A stretch of DNA of 64,000 nt, from assembly GCF_009914755.1 (NCBI RefSeq), contig NC_060943.1; one strand, 5' to 3'. This stretch comes from the human T2T-CHM13v2.0 reference genome, Homo sapiens. The stretch's first letter is position 1, and each line of letters starts with the position of its first letter. A program made the position numbers and the translations under genes. The notes beneath the pieces are model-generated. The model saw nothing but the letters and a program-made list of their open reading frames with translations, searched no databases and was not told the DNA's origin. Positions 1-14,370 of the stretch are shown here, piece after piece.

Positions 1-165
1 CAGACCAAAGAATAAAAAGGGTGGGAAGGGAATTAAAAGAATGAAGACAGTGAAGAAAGCCTACATGACATATGGGACACCATCAACTGAATAAATATTC
101 AAAATTTAGGAGTTCCAGAAGTAAAAGAGATTTTAAAAAGCTATTCAATAAAATAATAGCTAAAC
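1..165 (+). mobile_element. Old L1 ORF1 fragment
   Basis: gaagaaagcctacatgacatatgggacaccatc...ggagttccagaag...ctattcaataaaataatagc resembles the L1 ORF1 3' half. Confidence 0.6.
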
Positions 166-894
166 TTTTTTTTTGTTCCCGCAAGATGGTAGATTGGAGG
201 CTTTTAACACGCCTCAGCCACTTGGAAATAGCAAAATAGTGAGTAAAGATCAACTCTGAAGAGTTTTAATTCAAGAAGGAAAATGTGAATTCACCAGAAT
301 AGTGAAGGATACCCCAAATCCCATTGAGAAAAAGGTAGGCAAGCAGCCCTTGTGATAGTGTTTGGCTGATAAACATGAGTGAAGCCCCTGTACATAAAAA
401 GGGCAAAGAGTTTTCCTCTATGACTCACCTTTCCACTTGGGATCTGTGCAACCCATGCCAAGAAAGGGGACCCTGATTCTCCCAAACCCTGGAACTACCA
501 GGAGGAGAGGCTGGGAGACACTGAGAGGGAAAGATATTGGAAAATGCTGCATGCATTTTCCCAACCTTGGACCACGGGGAAGATGTCATTTTTAATCCAC
601 ACTAATACAAAGTCAGTCATTGTTTGGTGACCTAACAATGCAGCCACGCAGGCATTTTAGTCTCAGACTAGAGACTGGAGCACTTGCTTTGGAGTGGAGT
701 AGAAGCCTCCCAGCTGCAATGGAGCAGCTAGTGTGGAAAATGCCCCAGCAGTAGGCACTGGAATTGGGCAATCTCCCACCACAGGACTAGAGTGGGAAGA
801 GGGTTGCTGAAACTGTGGTTTCCTCTGAGAGGTGAGACTTGCAGCCAAGAGCAGCTTTGTGACCTGGAACTGGTCTGTGTGTCATTGCTTGGAG

Positions 895-2190
895 TCCCAG
901 CATTCTCCCCCGAGACCATGGTGTAGCAGGGCCCTCTATGCTCTATGCCCAGGCAGATATCCAGGCATTTGAAGCACCCACTTCCCTACATTAGCAGCCT
1001 AAGCTGCCTCACGCTTGCTAAGCAGAGAATTTGGTACAGTGGGGCTCTGCTTCACACCCAGGCAGATTTCCAGGCTTAAGGAGTACCCATCTGCCTGGAT
1101 TAGCAGTCTGAGCTACTTCATCCTTTCTATGCAGAGACCATGGTGGAGCAGGGTCAACTCCACTCCTTGCCCAGGTAGATCTCCAGGCATATGGAGCATC
1201 CACTTGGCTGGATCAGCAGCCTGAGCCACCTCAACCTTCTTCTGCAGAGACCATGGTGCAGCAAGGCTGTCTCTGCTCCACAGTCAGAGATCTCCAGGCA
1301 CTCAGAGAACCCACTCACCTGATTTGCTTCTTGAGCTGCCTACCCCAGTTTCCTACAAAGACCTTATTGCACAACCAATTACTCCACTCCTCACCAGTAG
1401 ATATATTTCCAGGCAATCAAATACCCACTCACCTAGATTAGTAGCCTGAGCTGTCTCTCCCTCCCACTGCAAAGACCTTGTTGCAGCGACAGTTTTTCCA
1501 GGGCGAACTCCCAAGTATGCAGCATGCTTGCTCCCCTGGATAAGAGCCTGAGCCACCCCTCTCTTCCCATGCTGAGATCTTGGCGCAGCAGCACATTCTC
1601 TTCCCCATGACGGGACATATCACCAGGCCTTCAGTGCACCTGCCCCCCGGAATAGAAGTATGAACTGTTATACTCTTACCACACAAAGAACTTAGTACAG
1701 CATCACTCCCTTCACTTCACATTCAGATATAACTCCAGGCATTTGTCACACCTGCTCCCATGGATAAGGAGTTTCAGCCACCCTTTGTCTCATGTAAAGA
1801 CTTTGTAGTGGCAGCAGTCTCTCTGCTCCTTCCCCAGGCATATCATCTCACACGGGGCATACCTGCTCTTCCAGAGTAGGAGCTTGACCCACTCCTCCCA
1901 TCCCCTGCAAAGACCTTGTTTGAACAGCAGTTTCTCCACTCCCTCCCAGAGCATGTGGCACATCTGCCTGCCTTAATGAGAAGCCTGAGCTGCCCTTCCC
2001 TTCAGGTGAAGAGACCTTAGTACAATGGCACTCTCTCAGCTTGATGTTCAGACATACTTCCAGGCATTTGGAGCACCCATTCTTCTAGATTAGGAGTTTA
2101 GGGCATTCCCCTCTCCCTTCCAGAAACTTGGGGCGGGGAAGGTTTTCCAATTCCACATCTAGACACATCTCTGAGTCCTTGGCAGCTTCC
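895..2190 (+). repeat. Degenerate tandem array (~111-bp period, ~12 units) in the L1 5'UTR
   Basis: Core ccaggcagatatccaggcatttggagcaccca recurs near 948, 1058, 1171, 1281, 1394, 1498, 1611, 1723, 1834, 1946, 2050 and 2160. Confidence 0.8.
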
Positions 2191-2901
2191 ACTGCAAAAG
2201 CTGGTGCTTGTAACTGCCATTAGGTCTGCCTAGTTTGGCCCTGCCCATCTTGGTGCCCCTACCTAGGACTGAGCAGGGAACTCAGATCATTGTGCATTCC
2301 AAAGATCAGCCCCTTGCTTGAGGCAAGAGAGAGCTTCCTCCACTAAACAAGGATCAAGTATATTCCTGTCAAGTTTGGATGCAGCCAGCTGTTACCCATA
2401 AGCACCACCTACTGGCCCGGAGGTTGAAAGATAAAACATAACAAGAAATCTGAAACAGGTGCACAGTACTGGGGAACAAGATAAGCTTCCTAAGACCTCT
2501 ACTACCCTGGCCAGAGAAGGAGGCAATGAGCCTGCTCATATGCCCAAAATATAGTTACTGCAACCAGCATTTAGCAAAGTTGCCAAATAAAAGCTATCTA
2601 AAACCAAGGAACTTAAAATAGACTATTTGGTACTGAAGACACCTGGAACCAAAGCCATAGGACCCTACATAACAACATATATTATGGATACCTTCCTCAG
2701 GGGTAGAAAAAAGATGCCATCCAAACAAAAGCAAACTCAAGAAAGGAAAGATAGTTTATCCACATGAGAAAAAACCAGAGAAACAATTCTAAAAGTATGA
2801 AATAAAAAAGTATTACAACACCCACAGAGTGAAACACTAACTCTCCAGCAACAGATCCTAACCAAGATAAAATCTAAATACCAGGTAAACAATTCAAATA
2901 A

Positions 2902-3234
<333 letters not shown>

Positions 3235-3885
3235 TGAAATCCAAGAGAAAGCTGAAAACCAACAGAAAAGAAATCAGATTAGCAAGTCAAGACATAAAAG
3301 AAGAGATAGGCTTCATTAAGGAAACAGAACTCCTGGAAATAAAAAATTCACTGTAGCAGTTATAATATACAGTTGAAAGCTTTAACAATAGGCTAGAACA
3401 AGTAGAAGAAATAATTTCAGAGCTGTATGATAGGTCTTTCAAATTGACCCACACAGATGAAAGAAAGAAAGGAAAGAAAATAATTTAAACAAATCAACAA
3501 AGCCTTCAAGAAATATGTTATGTAAACCAGCCAAACCTACGAATTGTAGGTATTACAGAGGAAGAAGGAAAAAAAGTTAAAAGTATAAAAAATATATTTG
3601 AAGAAATAATTCAAGAAAACTTCTCTGGTTTTGTGAGAGATTAAGCCATCCAGGTAAAAGAAGATCAGAAAACTCCTGGAAAACACATTGCAAGAAGAAA
3701 TACACTAAGACATAAAGTCATAAGACTATCCAAAGGCAATGTGAAGGAAAAAATTCTAAGAGTAGTAAAAGAGAAAGGTCTAATCAGCTATAAAGGAAAT
3801 GCCATCAGATTAAAAGCAGACTATTCAGCAGAAACTTTACAAGCCAAAAAAATTGGTGGCCTTTTAGCCTCCTTAAAAAAAAATG

Positions 3886-4411
<526 letters not shown>

Positions 4412-4774
4412 CTAGGCAACAACACTATGACAGAAACAAAACTTCATATATTAATATTAACCTTGATTGTAAACGGCCCAAGTGCTCAACTTAAAAGATA
4501 CGGAGTGGGAAACTGGATTAAAAAAACAAGATCCAACCACCTGCAGCCTATAAGAGACAACACCTCTGGGCTAAAGACAGCTACAGACTCAAAGTAAATG
4601 GGTGAACAAAGATATATCATGCAAAAGGAAAACAAAAGAAAGCAAGATTAGCCATCCTCATATCAAATAAAAGGACCTTAAACAAACAACAGTTATAAAA
4701 AAGACAAATAAGAGCATTATATAATAATAAAGAGCTTAATGCAACAAAAAGATACAACTATCCAAAATACACGT

Positions 4775-5139
4775 TGATATGACTTGGCTGTGTGCTCACC
4801 CAAATCTCATCTTGAATTGTGTAGCTCCCATAACTCCCACATGTTGTGGGAGGGACCCATTGGGAGAAAACTGAATCATGGGGGTGGTTCCCCCATACTG
4901 TTCTTGTGGTAGTGGATAAGTCTCACAAGATCTGATGGTTTTATAATGGAAAACCCCTTTCGTTTGGTTCTCATTTTCTCTCTTGCCTGCTGCCGTATAA
5001 AACAGGCCTTTTGCCTTCCACCATGATTGTGAGGCCCCCCCAGCAATGTGAAACTGTGAGTCCATTAAAACTCTTTTTCTTCATAAATCACCCAGTCTCG
5101 GGTATGTCTTTATCAGCTGTGTGAAAATGGACTAACACA
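4775..5139 (+). mobile_element. THE1 (THE1B/C-like) MaLR solo LTR
   Basis: tgatatg...cccaaatctcatcttgaattg...actaacaca, 365 bp; 5-bp TSD cacgt/cacat. Confidence 0.9.
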
Positions 5140-6811
5140 CACATGCATCCAACATTGGAGCACCTGGATTCATAAAACAAATACTACTACACCTAAGAAA
5201 ACAGATTGATAGAAATATAATAATAGTGGGGGACTTCAACACCCCACTGACATGACAAGACAGATCACTGAGGCAGAAAATCAACAAAGAAGCTCTGGAC
5301 TTAAATTGGACTATATAGACTAAATGAACCTAATTGTCACTTACAGAACATTATATCCAATGATCGCAGAATATCCATTCTTCTCAATTCTGCATGAATG
5401 TTCCAAAACTGACCATGTGCCTGACCACAAAGCAAGTCTCAATAAATTTTAAAAACCTAAAAATCATATCAAGCATCTTCTCAGACCACAGACAAATAAA
5501 ATTAGGAATCAATACCAAGAGAAATGCTCAATACTACACAAGTACACATAAGCTAAACAACTTGCTCCTGAATAACCTTTGGGTAAACAACAAACTTATG
5601 GCAGAAATTGAAATCTTTTTCAAAACAAATGAAAATAGATACAATGCACCAAAACCTAGGGCACAGCAAAAGCAGTGCTAACTGGAAAGTTTATAATGTT
5701 AAACACCTACATCAAAAAAAAAAATAGAAAGATGAAAATTAATAACCTAACGTGGACCCTCAAGGAACTAGAAAAACAAGAACAATCCAAACCAAAATCT
5801 ATCAAGAGAAAAGAAAGATCAAGCAGAACTAAATGAGATTGAGATCAATAAAATAATTTATACAATGAACATTCCAACTGATAATACACAAAAGAGCATC
5901 AGAGACTAGTATGAACACCTCTACACACATAAAATAGAAAACCTACAGGAAATGGATAGATTCTGGGAAATATACAACCTCCCAAGATACAACCAAAAAG
6001 AAATAAAATCCTGATCTGACAATTAATGAGTAATAAAGCTGAATCATTACTTCCAACAACAATAACAAAAAGGCCCAAACCAGACATATTCAAAGCAAAT
6101 TTTACCAGATATATAAAGGAGATCTGTTACTAATCTTATTGGAACTATTCCAAAGTATTGAAAAGGAAAGATCCCTCCCTAACTACTTCTATGAATCCAG
6201 TAACACTCTGATACCAAAATTAGGCAAGAACACAACAACAACAATAAACACGACAGGTTAATATCCCTGATGAACATAAATGCAAAAATCCTCAACAAAA
6301 ATACTAGCAAACAAATCCAACAGCACATCAAAAAGATAATTCATAATGATCACGTGAATTTTATTCCAGAGATACAAGGATGGTTCAACAACTGCAAATC
6401 AGTAAGTGTGATTCTTTACATAAACAGGACTAAAAACAAACACCATATGAAAATCTCGATAGATGGAGAAAAGGCATTCAATAAAATTCAAAATCCCTTC
6501 TAAATAATAAATCCTCAACAAATTACACATCAAAGGAACATATCTCAAAATAATGAGAACCTTCTGTGAAAAATCCACAGCCAACTTTATACTGAATGGA
6601 GAGAGGCTGAAAACATTCCCTACTAGAACTGAAGGAAGACAGGATGTCCACTCTCACCACTCCTATTCAAGGCGGTACTGGAAGTCATAGCCAGAGCAGT
6701 CAAGGCGTAAAAAAAATGAATAAAATACAAATTAGAAAAGAGGAAGTCAAATTATCTCAGTCCCTTAATGATATGATCATATACCTAAAAAAACATAAAA
6801 ACTCCTCTATT

Positions 6812-8315
6812 AGTTTGGCAGATTTGAGAAGTGAAGCTATCAGGTCCTGGGCTTTTCTTTGCTGGGAAACTTTTTTTGTACCCTGAGGTGCATCACTGGA
6901 TTATTTGAAAACTTTCTACTGTTTTGATGTATGTGTTAATTGCTATAAAATTCCTTCCTACTGCTACTTTTACTGCATCCTATAGGTTTTGGTATGTTGA
7001 GTTTCTATTTTCATTTGTTTCCAAATTTTTTTTGATTTCCTTAATTTCTTCATTGACCCAGTGATTGTCCAAGAGCATGTTGTTTAATTTCCATGCATTT
7101 GTACACTTTCCAAAATACCTTTTGTTATTAATGTCTTTTGTATTCCATTGTGGCCTGAGAATAGACTTGATATGATTTTGATGTTTTAAAATTTGTTGAA
7201 ACTTGTATTGTGGCCTAACATGTGGCCTATCTTGGAGAATTTTCCATGTGCTGATGAGAAAAATGTGTATTCTGTAGCTGTTGGATAAAATATTCTGTAA
7301 ATGTCTGTTAGGTCCATTTGGCCTAAAGTAGAATTAAAATTCAATGTCTATTGATGGCCTGTCTAGAGGTCTGTCCAACGGTGACAGTAGGGTGTTGCAG
7401 TCTCTAGCTATTATTGTATTAGAGCCTAACTTCTTTTTTAAACCTGTTAATATTTGTTTTATATATCTGGGTGCCCTGGTGTTGACTGCATATATCTTCT
7501 TGGTGAAATGACTCCTTTATCATTATATAATCATCTTCTTTGTCTCTTTACAGTTTCTGACTTAAAGTCCATTTTATCTGATGTAAGTATAGCTACTTCT
7601 GCTTTGTTTTGGTTTCTGTTTGCATATTTATTTCTATCCCTTCAATTCAATCTATGTGTGTCATTAAAGGTGAAGTGACTTTCCTGTAGGCAACATGTAG
7701 TTGGGTCCTGTTATTTCCTTTTTTAAATCCTTTCAGCCAGTCTGTACCTTTTAATTGGAAAATTTAATCTGTTTGAAGTCAAGGTTATTATTTATAGGTG
7801 AGGACTGACCTCTTTCATTTTGTTAATTATTTTCTGGTTGTTTTGTGTATTTTTTGTTCCTTTCTTCCTTTCATTTTATTCTGATAAAAGATTTTTTTTA
7901 ACTACAGATGCAATTCCATGACTTGTTAATGGTCTGATCAGGATTTCTATTTCTTCCTGGTTCAATCTTGGGGGGCTGCATGTGTCCTAGAATTTATCTA
8001 TTTCCTCTGGGTTTTCTAGTTTGTGTGTATAGAGGTATTCATATTAGTTTCTGATGTTCTTTTGTATTTCTGTATTATCAGTTGTGATGGCCCCTTTATC
8101 ATTTCTGATTGTAGTTGGAATCTTTTCTCATTTTTTGTTGATTAACCTGCCTAGTGGTCTGTCAATTTTGCTTACCCTTTCAAAAACCAACTTTTTGTTT
8201 CATTGCTTCATTGCATAATAGTTATTTTTTCATCTTAATCTCATTTAGTTCTGCTTGATCTCTTTGCTTTCTTTTCTTTTGCTAGATTTGAGTTTGAATT
8301 GTTCTTGTTTTTCTA
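6812..8315 (-). mobile_element. Inverted L1 ORF2 fragments (at least two pieces)
   Basis: T-rich reverse-complement L1 endonuclease/linker sequence; 7920-8310 mirrors plus-strand 5760-6050 as a diverged copy. Confidence 0.8.
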
Positions 8316-8329
8316 GTTTCTTAAAAATT

Positions 8330-9846
8330 TTGAAACTTTGATCAAAGAAACTGAAGAGTTCACAAACACATACAAAAAATAGAAAAAATATCCCATGTTC
8401 ATGGATTGTAAGAATGCTGTTAAAATAACTACACTACCCCAAAAGATACAAAGATTCAATGTAATTCCAATTGAAATACCAACAACATTCTTCACAGAAA
8501 TAGAAAAAGCAATCCTAACATCCACATAGGGTTGCAAAAGATCCCAAACAACTAAAGCAATCTTAATCAAACAAAAACAAAAACAAACAAAAAACAAAGT
8601 TGGAGGCATCATACTACTGGACTACAAAATGTACTACAAAATGTTAGTACATACTGTACTAACCAAAACAGCATAGTACTTGCATAAAAACAGACACATA
8701 CACAAACGGAACAGAATAGAGAACCCAGAAATAAATCCATTTATTTACAGCTATCTGATTTTCAACAAAGGCACCAAGAACATTTAGTGGGGAAGGAACA
8801 GTATCTTCAATAAATGGCACTGGGATTATCCATACCCAGAAAAATGAAACTAGACTACTATCTCTCACCATATACAAAATTAACTCAAAATGAATTAATG
8901 ACCTAAATGTAAGAACTGAAACTAAAAAACTACTACAAGAAAACATAAGAGAAATACTTCAGGCTAATATCTGTAGAAATAAAACCTCAAAAGCAGAGGC
9001 AACAAAAGCAAAGATAAATGGGATTACATAAAAGTAAAAAGCTCTGCACGGCAAAGAAAACAATCAACGGAGTGAAGAAACAACCTATAGTATAATAGAA
9101 AATGTTTGCAAACTATTTATCCAACAAGGGATTAATATGTAGAATATACACAAGGAACTCAAACTACTCAACAGCAAAAAAAAAAAATAATAAAAATAAT
9201 CAAAGTAGCAATACAAATGGACAACTATATGAAAAAATGTACAACATCATAATAAGAGAAATGCAAATCAAAACCACAATGAGATATCATCTCACTCCAG
9301 TTAGAATAGTGATTATCAGAAAGACAAAAAAAAAAGCAGTTGCTGGTGAGGATGTGGAGAAAAGAACTTTTACACACTTTTGGTGGGAATGTGAATTAGC
9401 CATCATAAAAACAGTATGGAAGTTGCTCAAAGAACTAAAAATAGAACTACCATATGATCCAGCAATCCCACTACTGGTCTCAGTCATATGTAGAAGCTAA
9501 ACAAATTGATCTCCCAGAAGTAGAGAATAGAATAGTGGCAACTAGCAGCTAGGAAGGGAGGAGAGATAGAGAGAAGGTAGTTAAAGGACACAAAAATTAT
9601 AGCTTGATAGGAGTAAGTTCTAGGGTTCTACAGCATTGTAGGCTGACCATAATTAACAATAATTTACTCTATATTTTCCAATAGCTAGAAGGGAGGACTC
9701 TGAATGTCCCCATAATGAAATTATAATGGTTTGATGTGACAGATATGCTAATTACCCTGATTTGATCATTATAACTTACATACAGGTATTAAAATATCAC
9801 AATATAAGCCATAAATATATACAGATATTATGTGTCAATTTTAAAA
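8330..9846 (+). mobile_element. L1MA-type (L1MA4/5-like) ORF2 3' end and 3'UTR
   Basis: ORF 9102..9500 ([18 protein letters not shown]...[11 protein letters not shown]); L1MA 3'UTR gctaattaccctgatttgatcatt. Confidence 0.82.
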
Positions 9847-10638
9847 GAATACCTGTAAACATCAAGATATATGAATGTTATGAAGATCAAACTGAGAACT
9901 GCAAAATCAGCATATTCTCCACTCAGTCTCTTCTTCTCCCAAATAATAACATACATACCTGACAGACATACAAGACCTTGTGCAACATGTGAGCAGGAAC
10001 GGGCAGGTAGCAGGCTGAGGTGTCTGCCCAGCTCAGTATTTGGATATTAACCTCCACTGTATTTCACTTTTTCCTTCCTCTAGACTGGATCATTCCAGGC
10101 TAGAGAACATTGTTAATTTATCTTCTATTTGCTTTTGAACTGAGTACATTTCAGGGTTTAGTTTTGTTTTTGTTTTATCTATATCTAGCTACATATTTCA
10201 TCTCTTTAAAAAATAAAAAGAAAATTGAGCTGAGACAATTGGGTTGTTAACTCTATCAAAAAACTTTGCAGCCTTAAAAAAAAAATAAATTGGATCAGTC
10301 CATTCACTGTCCTAGTATCTGTAGCCCCAATTTAAAGCCTTCCTTTTTAATTACAAAAATCTAAATTGAGAAAATGCTTCTCCCCAGGAAGATTTTAATA
10401 TACGGGAACAGGGCACAGTCACCCTAATACAAAGCCCTAAGCAGCATAGGTGGGCCCCAGGACCCCTATGAAATATTTCTTGCACTGTTTCTCGTGCGCA
10501 AAAAGTCCCCAGAGATGGCCAGCAAGACTCTGCAACTTTCAATTCATTATTCCATACCTGTCCTTCTAAACCTCTATGCTGGGACCAAAGTCCTACTCTA
10601 CCTTACCTTACCAGGGATTGTAGGGTTTTCTTATGGTC

Positions 10639-10686
10639 AAAACAAAACAACAACAACAACAACAAAAACCACACACACACACACAC
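10639..10686. repeat. (CAA)n/(CA)n microsatellite
   Basis: caacaacaacaac...cacacacacacacac. Confidence 0.85.
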
Positions 10687-11416
10687 AAACAAAAACCCTT
10701 AGAAGCTTAGGTCCATATCCTATAAAAAGAATGTCACAGTTGCACTTTCAATCCCTATGTCTTGACCATCTGAGCTTTCACCCATAGCAGAAACTCAGAC
10801 TTCTGCCCACATGTGACCTCCCTGAGGATAAGCTGGACTTGTAACAGATAGAGGTATGGTAAAGAGGCAGTCGCAATTAGCCCTTCCATTTTGTCCCCAT
10901 AAGGAGGTAGGGACACAGTGCTTTAGTTCCTTCCCAGACTCCAAGATGCCCTCCTACAGCCAGATCTCACTCAAGTGCAAGGCAGTAAAAATGTTAGGAG
11001 TTCAGGCTGTAGAGTCAGCCTGCTCTGGGTTTGACTTCCAGTTGCATGATCCAAAGAAGGTGGCCTAACATCTCTGAGACTCATTGGCCCAGTTTAACAG
11101 ATGAAGAAGCTAATAGTCGTCTCACAAGCCATAGTTTGGAGAGAGAGAGAGAGAGAGAACATAAATGAAGCTCTCAGCTTCTGGAACATAATTAATGCCA
11201 GCCAACATTAAGAACTTATCATGATAATTAGTAACTAATTAATGGGGAACGAATGCTCACAAAAAGGAGGGAAATAAAAAGCACAGAATCAATCAACAGG
11301 GAAATAGTTAAATGAACTTTGTTGCTTTCGGGTTTAGGAAGCACTGGCACACACATTGCCTCATTTTATTATGGTGAACATGTAAAAGAGGCAGGTACCA
11401 TTATTCCCACTCCACA

Positions 11417-12237
<821 letters not shown>

Positions 12238-13730
12238 GTTCTAAAAATGTGGGTGGGTTTGCCAGAGGCCATATGACCAGGAGGTAGAGAATCCAGGACT
12301 TGAATCCAGATATTCTGTCCCTAAATCCACTAAGCTAAGTTGTTTCCCACGGAAAACTGAACTCCTTTTTTATAACCTTCTAAGAGGGCTAGCTTTTTAA
12401 GCAACCAGTTCTGAAAGCATGTTCGCTAATGAAGAGCCCTCGGGAAATGCCAAGGAAACCTTTGCATGGGTGACCCTTATCTTGCCTCCGTGTCCTGGCC
12501 ACCAGAACTCTGCTGTTCTTCATTATTTTACGTTGAAACAAGATATGCCCCCAAATTTCCTGACACCTTTTCCATCCACCCTACTATATTTAAAACCACC
12601 AGCTCTGTGCAGGGGATGGGAACTCTGGAACAAGTTCATGGGACTACTTCTTAAGAAATTAAATGGTAATTTTTAAAAAGCCACACCCGAAGAAAAAAAC
12701 ACACACACACAAAAACAAAAACACCAGTGTAGTAACATAGATATGACAAGGCCTGAGTGACTTTTGAGATTAAAAGTGAAACATTTCTTAGAAAATGATG
12801 ATTGACTTGATGCCTTAGACTCTCCAGCACAATTGCTGGCCTGTGGCCTCACTGCGGCTGTGTTCTCGAGCTTGGGTCCTTTCTGACTCACCCGTAGACC
12901 ACAGTGACGCCTCCTAATTAAGACTTTACCTCTTCTTCTCGCCCTGCCAAGTCACTGTGCACCCAATAAAGTCTCTTTAGAATACTTTCAACGTCATTGC
13001 CTTGTGTTCAATGTATTTTGCATCGTATTCAACACTCTCTGTAGCCCAATCTCAAACTAACTCTCCGCTCTCTCTCTTACTGCTTCACTACACATACCAT
13101 ACTGTGGCCAGACAACTCTCCAAGGGAAGACCTCTGCTTAAATGGCAGAGTGAAGTGTTTCCTAAAGTCCTCTAAAATTCTCTCTGTCCTCCCAATCCCC
13201 TTCCTAAAAATCTGTGGTCAAGTTAAGAAATGTTGCTTGGTAATCCTTGATCTAGTTTCCTCACAGTTGTTACATTATTGCCTGGTGGCCATATTTGCAG
13301 AAAGCCCAGAACTCTGAATATTTAGAGTTGGGTGAATTTTTTTTTCCTGACCTCTCCCACCTACTAGTCATATGATCTTGAACATGTGAAAACTCATCTG
13401 TGAATATTTTCTCATGTAAAAAATGGGAGTAATACAGCTTTGCCTATATGCTTAGAGTCTACTTCAGAAGCGTTCCTTAATGTCTAAGTCTCTTAAAATT
13501 CTTATGAGAATGTCTGAGCATTCCCCAGTGGCATATCTGGACAGTGCTCTGTAGAAGGCATTCTACTGGGTGTGTGGGAGAGTGAAAGATACGTAAGATC
13601 TAGCTCCTGTTCCAATGAACCTTTGTAGGTGAGGAGACTCCTACCAAAAAAGTCTGTACTACTGCACATTAATAGTCAAATGATAAACTATGATGTACAG
13701 AGAAAAGAGAAGGCACTGTAGACTGGGTGG

Positions 13731-13844
13731 TAGGGGGATCAGCTCATCCTGGTCTGTCTGGGACTTCCCTTGTGTTAGCACTGAAAGTTCCATGTCCTAG
13801 GAAACCCTTCAGTTGTGGGCAAACCAGGAGGGCCGATCACCCTA
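13731..13844. mobile_element. MER81 (hAT-Blackjack MITE)
   Basis: 114 bp; terminal inverted repeats tagggggatc...gatcacccta; core tagcactgaaagttcc...ggaaaccc. Confidence 0.8.
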
Positions 13845-13944
13845 CAATGGTTAAGGAAGGCTTGGCAGTGATTGGAGTGTGTCTCAGAGGGGCATTTTAG
13901 GTGGTAGGAAACACACAAATTGCCTCTCTACTAAACAAACATAC

Positions 13945-14370
13945 ACCCACCCTATGACTCAGCAATTCTAGCGATATAACTGTGAGAGATAAGTTCATGG
14001 CAGCATTATTTATAATAGCCCCACTGCAACCAAGCAGATGTCCACCAATAGGAGAAGGGATATATAATTGTGCATTTATAGACTGGACTATTAAATACAA
14101 CACAGGTGAATTTCTCAGGTATAGTGTTGAGTGAAAGAAGCCAGACTTATGAAAATCAGAATCTGTATGACTTCTTCCATATGACAGAAGAGAGAATAAT
14201 TAGGAGCTATTGATTACAAGGGGACACAAGGGAGATTTGGTGTGCTAGAGAGGTTCTATGCCATGATCTGGGTGGTGGTTACATGGGTGTGTGTATATAT
14301 ATATAAGTTAATCAAGCTGTTTACTTAAAATTTGTGCATTTTATTGCATGTATTATTCCTCAAAAAAAAA
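13945..14370 (+). mobile_element. Ancient L1M (L1ME-like) 3' fragment
   Basis: ctatgactcagcaattc...gcagcattatttataatagcccc...ttgagtgaaagaagccagac. Confidence 0.6.

Noticed and set aside
895-2190. CRISPR-like repeat-spacer array
   Set aside because: Whole units are homologous and degenerate with no unique spacers; context is a mammalian L1 5'UTR with no cas genes
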